DNA of 34,281 nt from Candidatus Hadarchaeota archaeon (lineage in GTDB: Archaea; CAYQAE01; CAYVLA01), in NCBI GenBank assembly GCA_964621445.1, contig CAZUNO010000026.1:1-34281 (forward strand), in the 5' to 3' direction. This document shows positions 27,901 through 34,281 of this stretch, piece by piece. Position numbers and translations under genes: made by a program. Each line of letters opens with the position of its first letter. Within the stretch, counting starts at the first letter, position 1. The notes beneath the pieces were generated by a model, which was not told where the DNA came from, did no database searches, and saw nothing but the letters and a program-made list of their open reading frames with translations.

Positions 27901-28871
27901 TTTTCAGGGGGCAGGGAGAGGAAGGTTACGTAGTTACTCACAAATCTGGTTGAGATCTTGCTTTGGAAGGCCTTGCTTGAGGCCACGTAATACTTGGTCT
28001 GGTTGAAGCTAACCTCTGCGGCCTGGAGTCTTCCGGCTGCATTATCCAGCTCATTCCCAAGATAATTCCTCAGGGATGTATTCAGCCCCGAGGACTGCAG
28101 GGAGTAGTTAGCATCCTGAAGTGTTATCTTCGCTTGAGTTATTTCCTTGCTGGATTGAGAGCGCATTAATTCCTGATAGGATTCCACCGCAACCGGCAGC
28201 GAGGGGTATTTACGGGCCTTGAACTCCATACCGGTGTACCAGGAGACGGCTTCCCTTACCTGGTGGACCTCAATCACGGTTAGGTTCCACCTCTCCGCGG
28301 CCATCTTGGTAACGTTGACATCCTCGTATGTGGTGGAATTATAGCTTATGGCTTGACCCTCTGGTATGAGGAAGTGGTCCATACCGCAGGCAGCGGCTGC
28401 AGAGGCCTTTTCGGGGATACCGCCGACAACTCCGACAACCCCGTCGGGTCCTATCATTCCCGTCATCATAACGTCATTTCGCATGGGTAAGTCCTCTAGG
28501 AGGGAAACCATGCCCACAGTTATGGAGGCTCCAGCGCTGGGCCCTCCAATTATGGTTGAATTTGCGTAGAGGGTTATCAGGAAGTCGGTTCGATCTATGT
28601 GTTTACCTGTAATATCTCCGGCAACCATTGCAGCGACTCTGGCCGAACCCTGCATGTCCATCTGGGTTAAAGCCCTGGTGTTAACGAATACCTCACCTTC
28701 CCCAGGTGTCATCATCCTTATATTCAAACGCACTGGTACGCCAAACATTAGGCCTGTTTCCGGGTCCTGGGAAACCGCTGGAACCATCATGTCAACCTGG
28801 GACACGTTCTGGGCCGGAACCAGAGGAATTAACAGTAGTATGAGGGGTAGAAGCTTGAAAATTCGCAACAA
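24975..28871 (-). CDS. Archaeal S16 (Lon-type Ser-Lys dyad) surface serine protease with Ig-like repeats and C-terminal TM anchor
   Basis: Signal peptide, GGPSAG (catalytic Ser), MTGMIGPDG and VGGIPEK (Lys). Helical region, then repeats separated by seven D-x-x-[PAR]-P linkers, and TM IPIWVLIPVVGLIFLAAII followed by KVR. Confidence 0.88.
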   Translation of the reverse strand: MLRIFKLLPLILLLIPLVPAQNVSQVDMMVPAVSQDPETGLMFGVPVRLNIRMMTPGEGEVFVNTRALTQMDMQGSARVAAMVAGDITGKHIDRTDFLITLYANSTIIGGPSAGASITVGMVSLLEDLPMRNDVMMTGMIGPDGVVGVVGGIPEKASAAAACGMDHFLIPEGQAISYNSTTYEDVNVTKMAAERWNLTVIEVHQVREAVSWYTGMEFKARKYPSLPVAVESYQELMRSQSSKEITQAKITLQDANYSLQSSGLNTSLRNYLGNELDNAAGRLQAAEVSFNQTKYYVASSKAFQSKISTRFVSNYVTFLSLPPENRSSYTNSLWEGVEEMIAMIRENITGFEVQSITGLECLAATQSRIHEATELLGNSRSSFSDGDHESSIYYVSFARERIYTAILWSDIIRFYGNGHPTEDDDLKTMAENIYADASILATYADLLYEEIFGLPHGSAIDFIVAFFPQYSFIDPYESLNAAQWAMTSNNWSMAAFEALESEVRSGLAIDFINILVLSQDEGQAKRMLGEMINRSRKQGRLAIMDSRNIGIEPVLSVSRFEFSGDLAKNNETYSLGEAAFGFRYSGSAARISSSLLSLYLPLLEVENMNGTLITTNSSISGLAEDPNGDPLKLEISIGDIQETHDIGAGPFNFTFPSGGVQDGPHILEINLTDGNLFDSSVFQVCVDNNPPDLLIREPTNGTLYSSPVGLNISVTDNVDDQPELDIYLDGAIFTGQEIGEGRHSLRILAVDEVGWRSREKIGFLVDSTPPLPELLAPDLKNPILPSLEDVYWRVDENLSGIHSSSIRINEHDWKPGSMVNRTQNGPQERIVYRQDFDLPQGRHMLSIRAVDRAGNNQTTIHQMILDSSPPLIEVDNLRNGSSYNHSFVISYHVNDLVDPSPDVESLLDGVPYGQEAVGSGDHEFFIKVTDFAGNTRQIHIYFSVDTEPPLISHNLSQEFQRRPVRIDFRTRDLMDPNPDMRVLLDGDPYYGRVLGPGIYDFHGVATDNAGNSATLDLHLVVDNSAPVVTCSVENRTWYKEPSIITIDFFDDMDPSPGYNITLDSRTYEPPITVEEGKHALNIQAWDWAANRVQLNFYFHVDETRPDIEVNIDPGQSFGKWIIPRVNITDNLDPSPLSEFILDGNPYEMGQKVKDGNHTISIRARDKANNSRQKKLRFYIDTKAPTIELDVEDGGTYVGSLTPNLSVHDEGAVIFNAYLDGEPYEKGSSIGPGVHTLEVRAEDELGNEIKKKVVFEVKRRIPIWVLIPVVGLIFLAAIIYKVRGSNRDKKETEHHVYSFD

Positions 28872-29187
28872 AGTTCTTCCGTTTCCAGCTTTTAATTAAG
28901 GTTACGGATTAGACCTCTCTATAGGTGAGTTCTACCGAGCATATTTCAATAGCAATCTTTCCAAGATTTCGGTGATCCGATGAACTTAGGGTTACAATTC
29001 GTAATCAGAACGTTTCAACATTGTGGTAAGGGATTTAGTCTCGATTTATATTTGAGAGGCCCGGGCATTTTTGATCGTCTAGGGAAGACCGTAGAATGTG
29101 ATGAAATAATTAGGCCCGTATGGTCATCTGGAAGACCAAAAGGGGAAATATTGAAAATGGAAAGCCTTGTATAAACAGGTGATATCC

Positions 29188-30060
29188 TTGTCCGTTTCCG
29201 TGAGGAGCATAACCCCTGGTGAACATGTACTGGATTTCGTTCGAGAAAACGATTCGGAAAGTGATTTACTTCCCCCGCTGGATGAGAGGGTCAAACGAGG
29301 ATCCGTGTGGTACGGGGCCAACCTTGATGGGGAGCTGGTCGGAGTTGCCCAGTTGCATATCAACGATGATGTTGAGGTGGGGCCGTTGTGTATACATAAG
29401 GACTATAGGCGGCGTGGTATTGGTAGTTCCCTCCTTGATGAAATTACCCGGGCAACCCAAAAGGCCGGTAGAAGCGAGATCGTGATGAGGGATGTTGATA
29501 GGAGATGTGGAAACTGCACGGCTTTTCTGGAAACCAAGGGTTTCCACATGAAGGACGATGGGGTAAAGATGGAGTGGAAGGGGTGTGAAATTCCCGATGT
29601 TGATATCCCCGATGACTACCAAATCAGGACCTACAGGGAAGGCGACGAAGAGGAATGGGCTGATTGCATAAATCGAGCATTTTCAACGGTGAGGGAACCC
29701 AAGCACTATACGGCCAGGAGAATCAGGAATGAATGGGTAAACACTCCCAACTTCATGCCCGGAGGGACCTTCTTTGCCATCCATAAAGGCAAAATGGTTG
29801 GCACGTTTATGGCTTGGAGACAGGTCGATGAGGGACCCAAGAGGGGGCGCTTGCACTGGCTTGGTGTTGTACCCGAGCACAGGAGAAGGGGCCTGGCCAA
29901 GGCCCTGACGGTAAAGGTCCTTAACTACCTGCTTTCCCAGGACCTGACCTCAATTTTTCTGGTGACGGGGTATTCACTCGAAGTTGCAATGGAAATGTAT
30001 AGGGGATTTGGATTCGTGGAAGCCCCAAGGCTGTTTGACTACGTCAAGAAGCTGGGCTGA
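29188..30060 (+). CDS. Tandem GNAT acetyltransferase (MshD-like architecture)
   Basis: Two acetyl-CoA motifs, HKDYRRRGIG and VPEHRRRGLA. AGGTGA RBS at 29177-29182 supports TTG 29188. Confidence 0.88.
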   Translation: MSVSVRSITPGEHVLDFVRENDSESDLLPPLDERVKRGSVWYGANLDGELVGVAQLHINDDVEVGPLCIHKDYRRRGIGSSLLDEITRATQKAGRSEIVMRDVDRRCGNCTAFLETKGFHMKDDGVKMEWKGCEIPDVDIPDDYQIRTYREGDEEEWADCINRAFSTVREPKHYTARRIRNEWVNTPNFMPGGTFFAIHKGKMVGTFMAWRQVDEGPKRGRLHWLGVVPEHRRRGLAKALTVKVLNYLLSQDLTSIFLVTGYSLEVAMEMYRGFGFVEAPRLFDYVKKLG

Positions 30061-30062
30061 AT

Positions 30063-30917
30063 CTATCTCTGTTTACTTAGCTCCTGGTAATAATCATTGT
30101 AATGCACGATATCAACGGATCTTTCACGGGCATACTCGAGCAGGCCACGCATAATCGACATGTCAGGATCCTCCTTGATGGATGACCAGTCATGGGTACC
30201 ATAGCACCAAACAAGTCCCTTATCCTCGACGAAATCCAATGTATCCCTTAGAAACTCTAGATATCCCTCCGTTACCTGCCATCCATGGGCCTGACGCCAG
30301 TACACATCCTGCCATCCCTGTATTGGCAGTTCGAGCATGTCGGGAAAGCCCTGATCTACATACCAGAAAGGCTGAATTTCGAAGGACACCGGCTGGAAAT
30401 CCTTTTCATTTCGTGCCCAGGTTCTCAGGAAACGGATGCCATTCCGATGCAGAATTTCTAGGAGGTCCGGCCTATCCGAGAGTCCGCGATAATATCCCCA
30501 GGGACCAGTTAGGCCTTTGCAGTTGATACCAAGCTTGTTGGACAGAAGATCATTGGTGCGCCGAATTTCTTGTTCAATTTCCTTCAATGAGCCACTCCTT
30601 ATTACCTGGGTCTTATCATCCCTCTCTATGCAGACTGTCTTTAGGAGGGTATGCGAGTAGGTATGTTGTTGTAGATCGAAGATTTCGCTATTGTTCAGGA
30701 TTCTAGATAGTTTCTTCCAGTTATTCTCGACCACTTTTCCAACCAGAAACAGGGTGCAGGGAGCCTCGAAATCCCCATGAACGTCCTTCGCCTTGCGCAA
30801 AAACCGGTCCACCAGCTTCGGATTCTGAGAGCTCTCAACGTCATAGCCTACCAGTAGCTTAGCCTGTGAATCCATGGTAGGGATGCCGGTTTCCATGCCT
30901 GATAGATGTTGCATCAA
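30063..30917 (-). CDS. Polysaccharide deacetylase family (NodB/CE4-like) protein
   Basis: GYDVE, TLFLVG, QHTYSH (HxxxH), GPWG, ELP and HDW motifs. True start may be 30896 or 30875. Confidence 0.8.
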   Translation of the reverse strand: MMQHLSGMETGIPTMDSQAKLLVGYDVESSQNPKLVDRFLRKAKDVHGDFEAPCTLFLVGKVVENNWKKLSRILNNSEIFDLQQHTYSHTLLKTVCIERDDKTQVIRSGSLKEIEQEIRRTNDLLSNKLGINCKGLTGPWGYYRGLSDRPDLLEILHRNGIRFLRTWARNEKDFQPVSFEIQPFWYVDQGFPDMLELPIQGWQDVYWRQAHGWQVTEGYLEFLRDTLDFVEDKGLVWCYGTHDWSSIKEDPDMSIMRGLLEYARERSVDIVHYNDYYQELSKQR

Positions 30918-31375
30918 TGTATTTCCAGTCTATCGGGTATTGAGGATCTTAGCCTACCTTTTATTTCCGAAAAATTCTCGTCCTCGATGGTAAACTCCTT
31001 GGAAATGCGCTGTGATGTATTGCTATCAAAGAATTCGAATGCGAGTTTTCCCATGCTAATCCTACCCGGCTTGGCCAGAAAACACCGAATTATTGAGGTG
31101 TAGGGAATTAATCTTGCATGACGTCTCAGCTTAACCCGGGCCTCTCTTTCCCCATCACAACTATTCATCAATTGACGGGGATCAACGCATTCTTGGATAT
31201 CTTCATTTGTTCCCTTCTTGATAGCAGACGAGCCAAAAAGCATGGTGAGCATGCCCGGTAAACGCTTAAGTCTATCGCCCTTTCCTCGTGGCAGCCAGAT
31301 GCCCTGCCGGGTCAGCACAATATGTATTGACTCCCCCTTGATCCGGGCAAATATGTGGTTATCCCCTTGGCTCAT
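30914..31375 (-). CDS. Hypothetical protein (PH-domain-like pattern possible)
   Basis: 153-aa ORF filling the gap in a co-directional run. Its stop overlaps the next ATG (ATGA). Confidence 0.6.
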   Translation of the reverse strand: MSQGDNHIFARIKGESIHIVLTRQGIWLPRGKGDRLKRLPGMLTMLFGSSAIKKGTNEDIQECVDPRQLMNSCDGEREARVKLRRHARLIPYTSIIRCFLAKPGRISMGKLAFEFFDSNTSQRISKEFTIEDENFSEIKGRLRSSIPDRLEIH

Positions 31376-31453
31376 ACTGACCGGATCCCCATTCCGTCTT
31401 AACTCTTTTTTCCTTTAAAGACTATTTTTCGGAAGCTGTGACGGACATCCCGT

Positions 31454-32521
31454 CTATTGGTATCTACCGTATTTCCTTGTGGTTTTGATAAGGGTCAAAT
31501 AGTTCTCAACCGGAACGCTATCCGGTACCGAGTGGGAAGACCCGCAGACGTATCCTCCTCCCTGCCCGGCTGTGGATATCTTGCGGTGGACCTCCTCTTC
31601 TACATCATCCGTGCTCCCAAAGGGCAGAGTATTGGAGTTATCTATATTTCCAATAAAGGCGATTTGATCTCCATACTTTTCCTTGAGATCGGTAACGTCC
31701 ATACCCGCCACGGCATCGATGGGCTGGAGAACGTTGATACCGGCTTTAATAAAATGAGGTATTAAGGGCCTAACATCTCCATCGGTGTGAAGGACGACGA
31801 TGCCCCCTTTATTTCTCACAGCTCTGTATATCTTACGATGGTGAGGATAGAAAGTTCTCCTATAAGTTTTTTCGGTCATGAATGGTCCGTGATTGTCTGC
31901 TATGTCCCCAAAAAACCAGAAGCCGTCGGCACCAAGATCCATAGCATATTCGACAATTTCCACGAAGTATTCGGTTAGAGCATCGAGGAGCTTACCAAGG
32001 GCTTTCGGTTCCTTGTACATCCAGGAAAGGAGGTTCTCAAAACCTATGACCCGCCACGCGGATTCGTAATGCTCTAATCCTGTAGGGGTTACGAAATGTT
32101 CCTCCTTGGAGTCCTTGATTTTACGTTCCATATCCCCCCAGCGCTTGGGATCGTCTGGTTCATCCCAGGTAGCCAGATATTCATCCAGCTGTTCAGGGTC
32201 CTTAACTGGATGGTCCAGGAACTGGGGTACGGTTGCTCCGGTCTTAAGTTCCTTCACCGTGTATCCCCAGCTATTTATGACGATCTTCTCCCTCTCGGTC
32301 TCCTTCACGACCTTGGGTTCATTGGAGCGGGGACACCAACCGGGAGTTCGCGGCATGTGAAGGCTATTCATCCCCAACTTTGAATATACGTTATCATTCG
32401 ACTTCAATCCCATATGAAGTCTCATCTTTTCGCTGAATCCGGACCAAAAGGAGTCCTGGATCGGTATTCGATCAGGTTCCTGAAGGTGGAAAATCCTGTC
32501 AAATCGCTCTCTTGGGGTCAT
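31454..32521 (-). CDS. Uroporphyrinogen decarboxylase / MtaA-CmuA family protein
   Basis: MTPRERF...EPDRIP, GFENLL, GDIA, LHTDG, FIGNID and GGGYVCGSSHSV. Confidence 0.88.
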   Translation of the reverse strand: MTPRERFDRIFHLQEPDRIPIQDSFWSGFSEKMRLHMGLKSNDNVYSKLGMNSLHMPRTPGWCPRSNEPKVVKETEREKIVINSWGYTVKELKTGATVPQFLDHPVKDPEQLDEYLATWDEPDDPKRWGDMERKIKDSKEEHFVTPTGLEHYESAWRVIGFENLLSWMYKEPKALGKLLDALTEYFVEIVEYAMDLGADGFWFFGDIADNHGPFMTEKTYRRTFYPHHRKIYRAVRNKGGIVVLHTDGDVRPLIPHFIKAGINVLQPIDAVAGMDVTDLKEKYGDQIAFIGNIDNSNTLPFGSTDDVEEEVHRKISTAGQGGGYVCGSSHSVPDSVPVENYLTLIKTTRKYGRYQ

Positions 32522-32581
32522 GAGTTTCTCTCTCTTAAGGCTGATTGATATGTATCTCCCAGGGTGAGATTATAGGAAGGA

Positions 32582-34186
32582 TTAGATTCCCACCGCCATT
32601 CCATCGCATCTGGGATCGGATCCTCCTATAAGGGAACCGTTTTCCGGATGCGTCATGATGAGCTGGACGGAGCCACTACCAGACCATGGACCAATAGCAT
32701 TCACCCGATGACCGTAACTTCTTAACTTCTCGACGGTTTCGGGGGGGTAGCGATTCTCCATCTCAAGGTCCAGCCCATCTCCACTTGCCCATCTTGGGAA
32801 CTCTACGGCTCGCTGAACATTCATTCGCCAGTCAATCAAACGGGTGATTACCTGCAGATTTGTCTGGACCTGCTTATCGCCACCGGGGGTACCACCCACA
32901 AATAGAGGTTCATTGCCATTGAAAATCATATAGGTGTTGAGGGTGTGGATCGGCCTCTTTCCAGGCACTAAAACATTGGGACTGGATCGATCAAGTGAGA
33001 AACCGTTCATGCGGTTGTTAAGGATTATTCCGGTTCCAGGGACCAAAACCCTGCTGCCAAAGTGATGAAAAAGGCTTTGGATAAAACTGACCGCGTTTCC
33101 CTCACCATCAGCGACGGTAAAATAGGTGGTGTTTCCTCCTTTGAGCGACGGCAGCTGGTATCCTGCACTAGCTTTCCGGGGATCGATCAGCTTTCTTCTC
33201 GTCTTTGCGTTAGTCTTGGAGATCAAATCCTCAATTGGTAAATCCACAAATTCCGGATCTCCTGAATGTCCATACCTGTCCTGAAAGGCGATTTTCTTCG
33301 CCTCGACCATGAGGTGCACAGCCTCAGTTCCATCGGGAGGTAACGACGAAAGATCGTATCCCTCCACGATATTGAGTTCCTCTAATAATATGTGACCCTG
33401 GGAAACGGGTGGCTGCTCGTATACCGTATATCCCCTATAGGAGGTCTTAATGGGTGCCAGAAACTCCGGTTCAAATGATGAAAAGTCCTCTTCCTGAATG
33501 GAGGAGCCCTCCCCTCTAAGATAATCAACTATCTTGCTTGCCAGCTTGCCACTGTAGAAATCCCTGGGTCCAACTTCGCTAATTCTAAGAATGGTCCTGG
33601 CCAAATCGGGTTGTGTTAGTATGTCTCCAATCTGGGGTTTCCCCTTACCACGGGCAAATACCTCCCTCCATCCTTTGTCCTCAACACGATTACTCCAAGA
33701 GGATTTCAACGCGTCCACCAGGCGGGGGTTCATCGGAAATCCGTTTTTGGCATAATTAATGGCGGGAGCTAGAATTTCCCCCCAGCTCATGGTTGAATAA
33801 TTCTGGTGAAGGGCATCCCAAGCTCCGACCTGCCCGGGCACGGTAACCGAGTTAACCCCGGTTGTGGGGATCCCTTGCCTGAAATCCTCATACCTGATGG
33901 AAGCGGGGGATGGTCCACTTGAATTGAGGGTCTCAAGACAACCATCCGAATATACCAGGGCAAAGGCATCTCCTCCCAGATGGCTATTATATGGTTCAAC
34001 GACATTTAGCACGGCCGAGGTTGCAAGAGCCGCGTCGATGAAGTTGCCCCCTCTCCTGAGTATGGCGGCCCCGGTGCCGGAGGCTAACGGATGTGCCGAG
34101 CAGACCAATCCCTGATTGGAGAGAACCAGGCCACGATGGGCTTGATATGGATCGGAAAGTCCACCCATAGATTTCTTGGATATCAT
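32582..34186 (-). CDS. ggt: Gamma-glutamyltransferase family protein
   Basis: LRRGGNFIDAA, VVEPYNSHLGGDAF, VPG, NTTYF (nucleophilic Thr), LNNR, PGKRP, GTPGG and SDPRCDG. Confidence 0.93.
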   Translation of the reverse strand: MISKKSMGGLSDPYQAHRGLVLSNQGLVCSAHPLASGTGAAILRRGGNFIDAALATSAVLNVVEPYNSHLGGDAFALVYSDGCLETLNSSGPSPASIRYEDFRQGIPTTGVNSVTVPGQVGAWDALHQNYSTMSWGEILAPAINYAKNGFPMNPRLVDALKSSWSNRVEDKGWREVFARGKGKPQIGDILTQPDLARTILRISEVGPRDFYSGKLASKIVDYLRGEGSSIQEEDFSSFEPEFLAPIKTSYRGYTVYEQPPVSQGHILLEELNIVEGYDLSSLPPDGTEAVHLMVEAKKIAFQDRYGHSGDPEFVDLPIEDLISKTNAKTRRKLIDPRKASAGYQLPSLKGGNTTYFTVADGEGNAVSFIQSLFHHFGSRVLVPGTGIILNNRMNGFSLDRSSPNVLVPGKRPIHTLNTYMIFNGNEPLFVGGTPGGDKQVQTNLQVITRLIDWRMNVQRAVEFPRWASGDGLDLEMENRYPPETVEKLRSYGHRVNAIGPWSGSGSVQLIMTHPENGSLIGGSDPRCDGMAVGI

Positions 34187-34281
34187 CCCAATCGGGCCAC
34201 ATATACTTACTCAAATATGTGTCTAATGGATGGCCTATCTTCCCCAAATATCATTTTTTTGAAGACTCCAGGGATTCAATT

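Noticed and set aside
28872-29187. ORFs 28980-29174 and 29124-29363, or an ncRNA in this gap
   Set aside because: No motifs or RBS, overlap with the GNAT gene, and no convincing structure. Likely a divergent promoter region.
1-34281. CRISPR arrays, tRNA/rRNA genes, transposases, integrases
   Set aside because: No regularly spaced repeats, cloverleaf or rRNA-like segments, or mobile-element proteins were seen by eye. A covariance-model scan was not possible.

Overview
Gene-dense window, most likely from an anaerobic, heterotrophic archaeon. This is an inference from GAGGTG(A)-type ribosome-binding sites, TTTATA/TATAAA boxes about 25 nt before start codons, SepCysS, an archaeal S16 surface protease and an M42 peptidase. 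No rRNA, tRNA, CRISPR array or mobile element was recognised. Recognisable genes include: fucose/arabinose-isomerase family protein, metallophosphoesterase, wHTH regulator, single-chain bacterial-type pyruvate:ferredoxin oxidoreductase with its DHODH-like partner, surface GH99 glycosidase, sugar-phosphate isomerase, sulfatase, Gfo/Idh/MocA oxidoreductase, membrane-fused spermidine-synthase-like protein, CoA-binding protein, ATP-cone/Mrr nuclease, M42 peptidase, endonuclease IV, SepCysS (pscS), DUF362 Fe-S protein, S16 protease on an Ig-like stalk, tandem GNAT, polysaccharide deacetylase, UROD-family protein and gamma-glutamyltransferase. The most unusual locus is a pair of tandem exported paralogs (15717-17273) whose C-terminal domain is about half Trp/Tyr/Phe and carries a conserved His cluster. 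One of the pair ends in a sortase-like anchor, and both sit in an apparent operon with a membrane SAM/dcSAM-dependent transferase. Two further items are not in the ORF track: a 56-aa, 10-Cys desulforedoxin/metallothionein-like protein (72-242), and an in-frame TGA forming a U-x-x-C motif (786-788).
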